This document shows, one piece after another, positions 50,324 to 63,300 of a stretch of 64,000 bases of DNA. The position numbers were made by a program, and so were the translations under genes. Positions within the stretch are counted from its first letter, which is position 1. Each line of letters starts with the position of its first letter. Under the pieces are notes generated by a model that was not told where the DNA came from, searched no databases, and saw nothing but the letters and a program-made list of their open reading frames with translations. Source of the stretch: Torpedo marmorata (lineage: Eukaryota); the NCBI GenBank assembly GCA_977017645.1, contig OZ360252.1:16306001-16370000 (forward strand). Direction: 5' to 3'.

Positions 50324-53300
50324 TAGAATGAATGGAAATTCTTCCAGCATCCATCTGAAGGCCATTACGCCCCCTCGCAAATCGCCTGAAATGAGCCGTG
50401 CACGCAGGAGATACCAAGTGTCATTTTAAAGTGGTCATTATGACCATCCCGCCTCTTCCTGGTTCTCCAGTTTCCTCCCACGTGAGTAATGTAATAGTAA
50501 ATTGTCAGTGAGTGGTAGAATATAGGGGTACAAATGCGAACTTTGGGAGAATAATGAGTGTGTGATCAGTGTAAATTAATATTTTATTGGAGGCGCAGAC
50601 AATAGGCAAACAATCTATGTCTATTCTACATGACTCGTTTCTGTGTGTCTTTATGTAGAATCGCAGAAAGCCTGTCAATTCATATCTAGTTAACAATTGC
50701 AAAGTATGAAAACAATTCCATTTGGATGAAAGTAGTTCTCCTTTCGGGTTTCGCTACCAGCGTTTAATTCTGTTGATAATCTACTTTAATAATTCATGTT
50801 TTTGTTTTCTGATTTGATTAACTATTTTCAAATATATCGATGGAAACCGAATTGTAGAATCCACGCGCTTTTGGCATTGCAAAGTAGATTATTAATGGAA
50901 ACGTACACCCAAACATTTTACATATATGAATGATGGATGTACCTTCATTATAACAATAAAGTAATATTATAGATTAACACCAACAAATGCAAATAGAAAG
51001 AGCGAAATTAAAGATAGGCATTAATGGTTGACCAGAATACGGAGCAAGTGGAAGCGTGCTGGACAGACTCTTCTTCTATCATTGGACACTACAAAATATT
51101 TTACAGAAAACCTTGGGAAATAGTTTTCCAACCACCTTATTCTTTCTGAATTTTATAGTGTTGGGAAGATCAGTTTTTATTCATCACACCTACTTATCTT
51201 TGAGAATGTGGTGGCGAGTTTTCTTTCTGCATCTTCGATGCGGTATTTGAATAAATTATATTTTGTTTCGATTACGAGAAAAGGCTTAGGGGTTATATGC
51301 ACTTAATGTATTTCCGAAACTAAAACACTGTATTTTATAAAGCAGCAGAATTAATTGAATGGAACCTTTTTTATCTGAGTGTCGATGAGAAAAGGCATCT
51401 TCCTCTGAAGCAAAACTTTTCTACTGTCCATCCAAAGTTATTTCTGAACTTCAGGATCGTATTTATATTGTTGTGGCAACCTGAGAGTGTCCGTCCACTA
51501 TGTAATCTGAAATTTTATATTATTTCAATCCTTGAAATACGGGAATTTCCGTCTATTGTTATCTAAATAGCAACTTCTCCAACAAGATGCAGGGGACAAC
51601 AATTCTCAAGGCAGGACTGGAGTTACACTGAGGGCAGACAGTTTATTGAAGCTATTAATGTGCTCTGTGGGACATTGTTGGAAACGTGTTTTTTTTTTAC
51701 AATCAGTTGAATCGTGCACTTTATTTGAAGGTTACAACTACAAACATGAATCAGCTCATTATTTTAAAACCTTGCATCAGCTGGCATATTCTACAGATTA
51801 TACATTAACTACCCTGAATGTGCAAAATTATTTTATGATTTTAAAAAATCAGAACGATAACAGTGCTTATGAAAGTTCTAGTCCATATATATTGTTCTCG
51901 CATTGAGCTCCCGAGTAATCAAAGTGGTTGCTGTTTTCGAATATCGTGGATTTTCATGCATGTTTTTATTTAGGACAAATTATGAGCAAATCAATTGCAC
52001 AATTCGATCTGAAACATAAATGACGTTACTTCAATTTTTACATGTACAAGTTGAGTGTTCAATGACTATTGAACTTCACGCACACTTATTGCATTGCTGT
52101 AAAAAAAGGTGTCACATTATCTGGGCACACTCCAACCAGATGGCATTAACATCGAGTTCTCCGGTTTCCGTTCGTCGCCCGCCCCCACCAGTTTCCTCTT
52201 CCCCTTCCGTATGTCCCCTTACCTCCAGCGGTGTCTCTCCCTCTCTCTTTCCTTCTCCCTCTGATCTCCTTTCCTGCAGCTCTGCATTCACATGGCCACC
52301 CCCTCGTCCGATCAGTTCTTCTCTTTCCTCTCCTGCCCTCCAAGTCCAATTATCGCCTTTTGCCTGTTGGCCTGTGCTCCTCCCCCTGCTCTTTCTTCTC
52401 TCCTCCCCCAGCCTTTTTGTTCTGGCGCCTGCCTGCTTTTTGCTCTTGAAGAAGGGCTCAGTTCCGAAATGTTGGTTATATACTTTTATCTCCTATGGAC
52501 GCTGCGTGACCTGTTGAGTACCTCCAGCATTTTTATGGTTTTACTTTGGATTGTACAATCCTATTTTCATCGATATTTTTGAAATAGTTCTTCAAATCAG
52601 AAAACAAATGCATTTAAATTCTTCCATGGACTATCATCTGAATTAAACGCTTACACTCTCATGCAAACTGAATTTGTGTTCATATTTTGTCATTGTTAAA
52701 AACAGAGGACGTACTGCAATTTTCAGTAAGCCTTCGCAATTAGACAATAGATAATAGGAGCTGGAGTAGGCCCTTCGGCCCGTCGAGCCAGCACCGCCAT
52801 TTTACAGATCATGGCTGATCACTACTATCAGCACCCCTTTCCAGCCTTATCCCCATAACCCTTAACTCCCCTGCCCACTAGAGTCTTATCTAACTCTCTT
52901 TTGAACATAAGCAGCGAATCTGCCTCTACCAACCTCTGTGGCAAAGCATTCCACAGATTCACACTTCTCTGGGTAAAAATGTTATTCCTCATCTCCGTCC
53001 TAAAGTGTCTTCCCTGTATTCTTAAGCTATTCCCTCTAGTCCTAGTCTCTCCCATCATTGGGAACAAGTAATTCGACTTCACCCTGTCTATCCTCTTGAT
53101 AATCTTGTATACCTCAATCATGTCACCCCTCATCCTTCTAAACTCCATCGGATATTGCCGTCCGCAACTTTCTAAATGAAAGCATTTTTGTCCGTGGTAC
53201 TTCTCATTGGAAATGTTGATGAATCATATACAGTGTCGCGAAATTAGACTTCTGAGAAATACCACGTGAAGAGTACATTCGGCCCTCAAAATATGCACGG

Positions 53301-54939
53301 ATCAATAACCACCCAACTATAAATTAATACTATTGTTATTTCCCACAATTCTCAGCGTCTCCTTGCAGATTCTGCCACAAAAACACATAAGACAGAGACC
53401 TTAGAGTGATCAGTTAATCTATTATAACATGTCTTTCGGTTGAGGAACAAAACTCATCGCACAGAGCAAAAACACAGGGCCACACGGAGAGCGTGTAAAA
53501 TCCACACAGATAGTAACTGAGGGAAAGACTGACCCTATAGTCTCCGGGACACTGAAGAAGCGACACGAATTGTTGAAAAAAATTATTATAAGCATCCTTT
53601 TTTCAGTTATTTTGTGACGAAGGCTAATATTCGCTTATATATTATGACACAAAGACTGTGAACGAGAGATTGCACAAGTCAGAAATCTGCACAATTGCTT
53701 TGCTGGAAAATTTGAGGGTGATAGATAGAGTTGATGTGGATAGACCTTTTCCATTGAGAGTAGGAGAGATGAATACAAGAGGTCATGTGTTGAGGTTTGA
53801 CGGGAAAAGGTTCAGGAGTAACATGAGGGGGAACCTCTTTACTCAGAGAGTGGTTGATGTGTGGAATGGGCTTCTGGGAGAGGTGGTGGAGGCAGGGTCA
53901 ATTCTGTCATTTAAGCAAAAATTGGATAGGTATATGGATGGGAGGGGAATGGAGGGATATGGGAAGGGTACTCGTAGGATGGATTAGAGGAGGGTACTTG
54001 GATCGGTGCGGACTAGAAGGGCCGAACTGACTTGTTTCCGTGTTGTAGTTGTTATGTGGTTATATGGACTCGGGAGGATGTAAACGCACCCACTCAAAAT
54101 TCCCTTTGCCGTTTCAGAGGCATCAGGAAATATGTTAATCATTACCAGATTGGCTTCCTTGGGGAAACAGATGGTAATTAGCCTGAAAACACAACAGCTG
54201 GTCTCACCGGTCGGGAATCCAAGTACTGCTCCATTTTTGGCAGGTTGAGGGCACATGTGAACTTTCAGCATAGAACGCAAGAGGGCGCTGTGAATGAGGT
54301 TTCTCAGAACGAGGTATCCTTGTTGAGTATGTTTTATTGATTGAGTGGTAAACCATTACACCAAGCTTAAAAAAGTAAAACTATGCAAAATAGAATAATG
54401 ATATAAAAATGCCGATGAAGGTAATCTGACATGCCAGTTTCCTCACTCTACAGAAAGCAACAGCAACTTCCCCAGGCACAGTGTATTCCTGTTTGTGGGA
54501 TTGTGTTGAGTCCACAAGAAATCGGGCTTTCTGACGTTAGTTCAGAACCGGCCACATTAGGTTCCGTGTTGTTAACAATCTCCCTTCCAACAGTAGCTTT
54601 AAAGACTAGAAAGCTTTGGTCAGCTCTCCACTCTGGGAAAACACGGGGTGTGATGCTCCACATTTATAGCCAGTGAAACCCAGAACATGGCATTAATACA
54701 TAATCAATAATGCAGAGGGTTTAAAGTAGAATACTTGGAAACATAGAGGCCGGATAAAGGCTCTTCACCGCCTTTTGAAAGGTTTTTGTGTGTTGAACAT
54801 GTTGATCTAAGTTGAAAGTCACTGATAAGTCCACCGAGGCATTAATTCCTGCAGAATAGGAACAATCCCTTCAAGCACCAATCTATAATTATCTCCATCA
54901 CCAGCACTTGCTCTTATGTAAATCTACTCCATCAATTGA

Positions 54940-55690
54940 TTTTGAATTGTTATAAGAGTCCTTGCATCCAGCACACCTGAACTTATCCAAATTTGTTCCA
55001 GGTTGCAATTACACTACAGATGAAAAAAAATCTTCACCCGATCTCTCCAAAACTGCCTCCACCTTATGTCAATCCAATGCCGTCTGGTCTGTGAATCCTC
55101 TGGCATTCGTACATTTTGATGCTATCTACCTTGTCTGTATTTAACATCATATTGTGCACCTCCGTCAGGTCCCCACATTGCCTCCTCTGCTCCAAGGAAA
55201 ACATACCTAGCCTATCCAGTCTTTCCTGATAATTAATAAATTGCATCTCGAGGCACCATGCTGATGAATCTTTTTTTGCACCCTCTGCAGCGCCATCACA
55301 TTCTTTCTATCTCGTGCCAACTGTACCTGTATGCCACTGTCTAGCTGTGGCCCAGAAGATGCTTTATAAAGTTCATCTCACTTCTACTCTCATCTGTGTC
55401 CCTACCAATGAATGCAAGCAATTTTGCGTGCTTTCTTCACCACTCTATTTACCTGTGCTACCACCTGCAGGATATTTGGGCTTGTACACCAAGTCCGCTT
55501 ATTCCCATCTATACGCTCGACATCCCTGCCATTCATGATATATGTTCGGGCTCTCATCATATATCCTGCTCACTTGTTCGGCTTAACTCAATTCTAACAT
55601 TTCCCTGCCCAATCTTTGAGCTGGTTAATTTAGCTCTGTGGTCAAAGACCACCCTCCTCACTGTTAAAGTAACCACCAATTGACTTGCCA
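54940..55690 (-). mobile_element. degraded CR1 fragment
   Basis: ORF 55064-55246 YQERLDRLGMFSLEQRRQCGDLTEVHNMM. Confidence 0.7.
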
Positions 55691-57325
55691 TCTATGTTTA
55701 GCCACAATATCTCATAATGTAACTCATTTCCACTGCATGTACAGATATCAGACGACGAAGAGACGAGCGAAGCGAGTTGGAGGAACAAAGGATTGACATT
55801 GTGCAGGAACTGTTAAAATTGCATATCTAAGATAGGGAAAGCAAGGAACATTCAGAACATTCCTCGTTTCCCCAAGTCTCACCACTTCTTCTCGCACTAA
55901 ATAATCAAAGTACCATAATAAATCAATCAAATTACAGAAGACTAATTTAAATGATTTAGAAAACAAATAATACAATCACAAATCATTAATATAACCAACC
56001 CACCTTAAGTCTTAACCTTCTTATTTGGTGGACAAATGTCTGTCAGGCAAAAGAATGGGTTTGTCCAAAGTGGTGCAGGTTCAGGGAGTGGATACCAATG
56101 TGGGACTGCTGGGAGGTTTCTGCAAGCAGCTGTTTCACCAGGCTTCAGCTTTCCCGATTACATCACTGCAGGGAAAGGGGATAAGGTGGTTGGAGAATCA
56201 TTCATCCATCATGGTCTGACCATCATAGGTTTTGTGGAAGATTACGTAGCGTCTGCAGATTGCCCTTATTGTAGGTGCGTGGTTGGGAATTAAAGGTAAT
56301 TGATGGACAAGTGAGAAATACGTTGGTGGAAAATATGTTAGTGGAAAATAAGTGGGAAATTGCAACTGATGAGAATACACTGCATGAACACATATTTTTC
56401 ATAGTCACAGAGAAATATTGCAACATAAATCCCACTCTCATGGCCCCAAATTCTTACAATCTGCCCACAGATTCTACCACCCTACAAAGATGCTCGTCTT
56501 TGAAATGTTGGCAGAAATTGGAACACCTGGATAAACCTCACGATATCCCAAGGAGAAAAGACAAACTGCTCACAGACAGCAGACGAAGGTCAGGGTTGAC
56601 CCTGTGTCTCCTGGTAATGTGGGGAACTTGAATGATGAAACTACGAAGTGCACCACTGGGCCATTCATAATTCGACTGAATAATACCTCATTTTCACCAA
56701 AGAAAATACGGGACTATAATTGGGTTCCCATGTTGCTCCTTGGTTGTGTTAATTTTCAATGGTTATGTTCCTTTCAGTGATTAATCAGCTGTATAGGCTT
56801 TGGCTCTTCAAGCACTAACTTTGTGTAATAGGCGCTAAGAAATTCATTCTGAGTAAATGTAAGTATCTCCAAGCAATACCCTATTCATACACTTTGATGT
56901 TATTTACAGGACATGCAGAAATGATGCCTGTCCTAACCAAGGTGCACAGGTATAACCAGTTGGGTGATTCAGGTCCCAGGTTTGTTTATATTTCTTGACC
57001 TGCAATAACCCATAAAATATGTGTGCTTCATCAAAGATTTTATTTTTTACAAATATTAGCGAACTGATTTTGGCATCTGTGGCATAATTGGCATTGTCTA
57101 ATATTGTTAAACATGATTTATGATATCGAACATGTGGTGAAAGTGTTAACTCTACTTGTTTATTCATTGACCGTGATTAATTCCATTCCTAGGGACTTCA
57201 CATATACGTTATATAGAGGGTTTTGTTCAATGCATTATCGACGAGTACCTACGATAACATCAGTTCTGTCACACAGGGATCGGAACTCTTCAGAAAAGGA
57301 AGCAAAACTCGTTCTAATAAAAAAG

Positions 57326-57449
57326 ATGGTGGTGTCCAGTTTTACAATAGACCGCAGTAATCCAATTCCAATAGTCATTCAGATATTGTTAACACTTTGG
57401 GATATACAGATGGTTTACTATCCTCTCCTTGCTGCTGTTGGTATCCCAG
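57326..57449 (+). CDS. GPR139/GPR142-like GPCR copy 2, exon 1
   Basis: AAG ATG GTG...MVVSSFTIDRSNPIPIVIQILLTLWDIQMVYYPLLAAVGIP G|gtatgt. Confidence 0.85.
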
Positions 57450-58080
57450 GTATGTATTTTTATCCAGTTATGAATTTTGATACAATGTTTAAATATCAAT
57501 CCATTGTTAGAATTTAGTTCTGCCAGATCAGTGAATTTAAATTCAGGGTCCCTTCTAATAAGTGCAGTACATTTCATTGTTACTGAAGTAGAGGTATGCC
57601 AAAGATACTGATCCCCATGCAAGCTGTATTGGCAATGCAAAGACTTGTAGATATCTACAGGCATGAATACTGCGGAAAATAAAACATAAGGTCTTGATTG
57701 TGTTCAAGAACTTGCTTTGAAGGCAGTCATATGTGAATTAAATTAAGACCAGAATTCAGTCTCATGGACCCACTCTTGCACACACGTGTGACAGGTGGTT
57801 AGTTTGTGTTGCTTGTCGTGTATTAGTCTTACTGAATATATAGTGAATTCGTCTATTCCCTACTGATTCAGTAAGGAATACACGAATACAGTACACATAT
57901 ATATTTCCCTATTTGTTCCCGATTCAAATTTAAAATCCAGCCTCCTGCAGAAAATGTAGTGCCATGTAGAAGAACAACGTCTTTCTTTTGGGCAGACAAT
58001 TAGAGTTGTAAATCACTCAACATCAAATTGTTGCCTTTAACTGTCTGATCTCTAATCACTCTCTCCTCTCTTCTTTACAG

Positions 58081-58973
58081 TTAACTTGGTGACTATTTTT
58101 ATCTTGTCACGGAAAAGATGTGGTCTTTCCAAATGTGTCACTTTCTACATGCTGGCCATGGCAACCGCAGATCTACTGACCATTATCATCGATCTTGTAT
58201 TGAGGCATATTCCAATTATTTATCAGCTTCAATTTGTATTGTACATCCCTCTGTGCAATATTCATGCTGTCTTGCTTTATGCAGTCACAGATTGTTCTGT
58301 CTGGTTCACTGTAATGTTTACCATTGATCGATTTGTGGCCATTTGTTGTGAGAAAATGAAAGCTAAATATTGTACCGAAAAGGCAGCAGTGATGATTTTA
58401 GCAACGGTTGCTGTTGTATCTCTTTTAAAAAACGTAATTTGGTATTTTGTGTATACAGGTATGTATTGGCTTTTAAATGATCCTTGGTTTTGTGTCGTAA
58501 GAGATGGCAATCTGAATTCACGTATCTGGGGAGCGATTGGATTCCTTCATTTTATTCTAACACCTGGGCTTCCATTTATTCTTATTCTGTTACTCAATGC
58601 ATTTACCGTCAGGCACATTTTAGCGGCCAGCAAAGCCCGCAGGAGAATAAGAAATCAAGGCACCGGGGAACCCCGAAAGGACACAGAGATGGATAACCGA
58701 AGGAAATCTATCGTTTTATTATTTGTTATCTCGGGGAACTTTATAATATTATGGGCGGTATTTATGACGTACTTTATTTGGCGACGAATGAGATATTTAG
58801 GCTTGACGTCTGAAAATGTACCTTTCTTTGTGCGGGAAATGGGGTTCATGCTCCAACTCCTGTCGTGCTGCACAAACACGTGTATTTATGCCGTGACCCA
58901 AAATAAATTTAGGAACCAATTCATGGAAGTTGTCAAATACCCTTTTACACTAATTGTCAAAATTGCTAAATGA
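58081..58973 (+). CDS. GPR139/GPR142-like GPCR copy 2, exon 2
   Basis: Translation identical to 49431-50323; same acceptor. Confidence 0.92.
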
Positions 58974-60829
58974 TAGAATGAATGGAAATTCTTCCAGCAT
59001 CCATCTGAAGGCCATTACGCCCCCTCGCAAATCGCCTGAAATGAGCCGTGCACGCAGGAGATACCAAGTGTCATTTTAAAGTGGTCATTATGACCATCCC
59101 GCCTCTTCCTGGTTCTCCAGTTTCCTCCCACGTGAGTAATGTAATAGTAAATTGTCAGTGAGTGGTAGAATATAGGGGTACAAATGCGAACTTTGGGAGA
59201 ATAATGAGTGTGTGATCAGTGTAAATTAATATTTTATTGGAGGCGCAGACAATAGGCAAACAATCTATGTCTATTCTACATGACTCGTTTCTGTGTGTCT
59301 TTATGTAGAATCGCAGAAAGCCTGTCAATTCATATCTAGTTAACAATTGCAAAGTATGAAAACAATTCCATTTGGATGAAAGTAGTTCTCCTTTCGGGTT
59401 TCGCTACCAGCGTTTAATTCTGTTGATAATCTACTTTAATAATTCATGTTTTTGTTTTCTGATTTGATTAACTATTTTCAAATATATCGATGGAAACCGA
59501 ATTGTAGAATCCACGCGCTTTTGGCATTGCAAAGTAGATTATTAATGGAAACGTACACCCAAACATTTTACATATATGAATGATGGATGTACCTTCATTA
59601 TAACAATAAAGTAATATTATAGATTAACACCAACAAATGCAAATAGAAAGAGCGAAATTAAAGATAGGCATTAATGGTTGACCAGAATACGGAGCAAGTG
59701 GAAGCGTGCTGGACAGACTCTTCTTCTATCATTGGACACTACAAAATATTTTACAGAAAACCTTGGGAAATAGTTTTCCAACCACCTTATTCTTTCTGAA
59801 TTTTATAGTGTTGGGAAGATCAGTTTTTATTCATCACACCTACTTATCTTTGAGAATGTGGTGGCGAGTTTTCTTTCTGCATCTTCGATGCGGTATTTGA
59901 ATAAATTATATTTTGTTTCGATTACGAGAAAAGGCTTAGGGGTTATATGCACTTAATGTATTTCCGAAACTAAAACACTGTATTTTATAAAGCAGCAGAA
60001 TTAATTGAATGGAACCTTTTTTATCTGAGTGTCGATGAGAAAAGGCATCTTCCTCTGAAGCAAAACTTTTCTACTGTCCATCCAAAGTTATTTCTGAACT
60101 TCAGGATCGTATTTATATTGTTGTGGCAACCTGAGAGTGTCCGTCCACTATGTAATCTGAAATTTTATATTATTTCAATCCCTGAAATACGGGAATTTCC
60201 GTCTATTGTTATCTAAATAGCAACTTCTCCAACAAGATGCAGGGGACAACAATTCTCAAGGCAGGACTGGAGTTACACTGAGGGCAGACAGTTTATTGAA
60301 GCTATTAATGTGCTCTGTGGGACATTGTTGGAAACGTGTTTTTTTTTTACAATCAGTTGAATCGTGCACTTTATTTGAAGGTTACAACTACAAACATGAA
60401 TCAGCTCATTATTTTAAAACCTTGCATCAGCTGGCATATTCTACAGATTATACATTAACTACCCTGAATGTGCAAAATTATTTTATGATTTTAAAAAATC
60501 AGAACGATAACAGTGCTTATGAAAGTTCTAGTCCATATATATTGTTCTCGCATTGAGCTCCCGAGTAATCAAAGTGGTTGCTGTTTTCGAATATCGTGGA
60601 TTTTCATGCATGTTTTTATTTAGGACAAATTATGAGCAAATCAATTGCACAATTCGATCTGAAACATAAATGACGTTACTTCAATTTTTACATGTACAAG
60701 TTGAGTGTTCAATGACTATTGAACTTCACGCACACTTATTGCATTGCTGTAAAAAAAGGTGTCACATTATCGAGAGCCCATTAACTAGTCACCCCCGGGT
60801 GCCTTAAGCATCTACACATGGAAATCAAA

Positions 60830-63300
60830 AAGATTTACAAAGGGTAAATTAGATGCGTCAGAGCGGGTGGGGTGAAAGGGGGAGCAGTGGCATTGCTCGT
60901 CAGGCAAAATATCATAGCTGTGCTCAGACAGGACACACCAGAGGGCTCGTCTACCGAGGCGATATGGGTGGAACTGAGGAACGGGAAAAGTATGACCACA
61001 TTCATGGGTTTTGGCATGAATTCATGGCAATGTGAAATGGTGGCACTGCCGGAGCCGCTGTAGCGGCAGCACTGCCGCTGTTGCGGACCCGCGGGGAGCG
61101 TGGGAGCGGAGATACAGCGGTCCCACCGGGTCCAGCCGCCCAGTCGACTACCATCGGTTCCGCACGGGCTTTCAACGGTCCGTTAAAGGAGCCGACCGTG
61201 GATTTATTTACGATGCCGCGACCACGGGGTCTGCGCCCAAGATGGCAGCGCCTTTTAACCGGCAGCAGCGACGTGGGGCTGCAGATTCCGGGGAAGCGGA
61301 GGACTGGAGCAGGGCACCAGAGGACGGGAAGATCACCCCCGTCTGAGAAGGAGAAGCGGAGGAGACGACCCACGGGACGGTGACCATGGCGGCGGACCAG
61401 TGAGGGGCTCTGAGGCTGAAGGACCAGTGCATGCGGCGTGCTGCAGGTGACTCGAGGCGAGGAACCCGCGGAGGCTGTGGGCTGCTGGAGACTGCTGTCG
61501 GGGCACTCACGCCGGGCTGCGGACTGCTGGAGGCTGGCTCAAACTGGCTGGAGGAGTACCAGGTATCGGAACCGGGATGCGAGGGGGTGCCGAGGGCGAC
61601 CTGACCGTGTTGGAGGTTCGGATCTGGAGCTCGGGATGCCGATGGTTTGGACTGGACTCTGTGTAGATGCGGAGGCTGCGGAAGCGCTGGAGGCGAATCT
61701 ACGGACACTCGGTGACTCTGGTGGGACTCTCTTTTACTTCTCGTTCTCTGACTGTAAGGAATGTTAGAGGCGCTTAGGCAATTTTTGCCGGTGGCGAATC
61801 TGTCTGCCTTGCAGCAGGCAAAAAGTAATTTCATGGAATATGACACTGTCTTATTACTATGACAATAAATTGAATCTTGAATCTTGAACCTTTATTATAG
61901 GCAGCCCAATAGACAGCGAGATTGGGCGGAGCAAGTCTCTTGAGAGATAGCAGAGAGGTGCAGGAAATTTAAAGTTGTGATTGTTCGAGATTTTAACTTT
62001 CCACATATTGACTGGGATTCCCATACTGTAAAAGGACTGAATGGCTTAGATCTCGTCAAAATTGTTCAGTAAGGGTACTTAAATCAAAATATAGAGGTAC
62101 CAACTGGAGAGATTGCAATATTGGATCTCCAATCAGCGAAGGAGACAGGATAGGTGACAGAAGTATGTATAGGGGAACATTTTGAGTCCAACGATCATAA
62201 TGCCATTAGTTTCAAGTTACGTATGGATAAGGATAGAACTTATCCTCGGGTTTAGATGCTAAAGTGGAGAAATGCCAATTCTGAGGAAATGAAAAAGGAT
62301 CTAGAAAGCGTGTATTGGGATAAGTTGTTTTCTGGCAAGGATGTGTTTGATCAGTGGAAGGCCTTCAAAGGTGAAATTTTGAGAGTACAGAGTTTGTATG
62401 TTGCTGTCAGGATTAAGGAAAAATGTTAACAGGCATAGGGAACCTTGGTTTTCGAGGGATCTGGTTAAGAAAAAGAGAGAGGTTTCGAGAAGGTATGGGC
62501 AACAAGGAGAAAATGAGTTACTTTTGGAGTATACAAAATGCAAGAAAAATCTTTAAAGAAATCAGGACGGCAAAAAGAAGACATAAGGTTTCTTTGGTAG
62601 ATAATGTGAATGAAATTCCTAAGGGATTTTTACAGGTATATTAAAAGCAAAATGATAGTGAAGGACACAATTAGTCCCCTTGAAGATCAGAGTTAAGTAT
62701 TGAGTTTCGGTGTTGCGATGTTAAAATTGTACAGGCATTGGTGAGGCCACGTTTGGAGTATTGTGTGCAGTATTGATCACCTGACTACAGAACGATATTA
62801 ATAAGATTGAAAGAGTGCAGGAACGATTTACTAGGATGTTTCCCGGACTTCAGGAACTAAGTTACAGGGAAAGGTTAAACAGGCTGGGACTTTATTCCCT
62901 GGAGCGAAGAAACATGGGGGAGATATGATAGACGTGCACAAAATTATGAGGGGCATAGATAGAGAAAATTCAGGTCGGCTTTTTTCCACTGAGGTTAGGT
63001 GAGATACAAACTATAGCACATGGGTTTAGGGTGAAAGGAGAAAAGTTTAGGGAGAACATTAGGGGGAACCTTTTTCAGACAGAGAGTAGTGGGGCTTTGT
63101 AACGAACTGCCAGCTGAAGTGGTGAATGAGGGCTCGTTTTTCACATTTAAGAAACATTTGGACAGGTACATAGATGGGAGATGTATGGAGGGCTCTGGAC
63201 TGGGTGCAGGACAGCGGACTCGGCAGAATAGTAGTTCGGCATAGACTAGAAGGGCCGAACGGCCTGTTTTCTCAGCTGTAATGTTCTCTGGTTCTGTGGT
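60830..63300 (+). mobile_element. CR1 LINE (endonuclease, linker and 3' end; RT deleted), interrupted by GC-rich element copy D
   Basis: KGGAVALLVR...EAIWVELRN...MTTFMGF|insert|YYRQPN; GATTTTAACTTTCC; 3' end TGTTCTCTGGTTCTGTGGT. Confidence 0.85.
61035..61888 (+). mobile_element. GC-rich non-autonomous retroelement, copy D (apparently full length, ~850 bp)
   Basis: 5' AAATGGTGGCACTGCCGGAGCCGCTGTAGCGGCAGC; 3' GACAATAAATTGAATCTTGAATCTTGAA. Confidence 0.85.

Larger units (their letters stand above)
45486..52119 (+). repeat. tandem segmental duplication, copy 1 (6634 bp)
   Basis: Nearly identical to 52120-60769; ORF-track offsets are 6634/6635 before and 8650 after the 2015-bp indel. Confidence 0.97.
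52120..60769 (+). repeat. tandem segmental duplication, copy 2 (8650 bp)
   Basis: Starts at junction GTCACATTA|TC|TGGGCACAC and ends GTCACATTATC|GAGAG; contains 54176-56190, which is absent from copy 1. Confidence 0.97.

Noticed and set aside
53984-54676. Possible viral or ERV protein in the old duplicated block
   Set aside because: The paralog at 36.5-37.3 kb does not preserve any frame and no motif is recognised.
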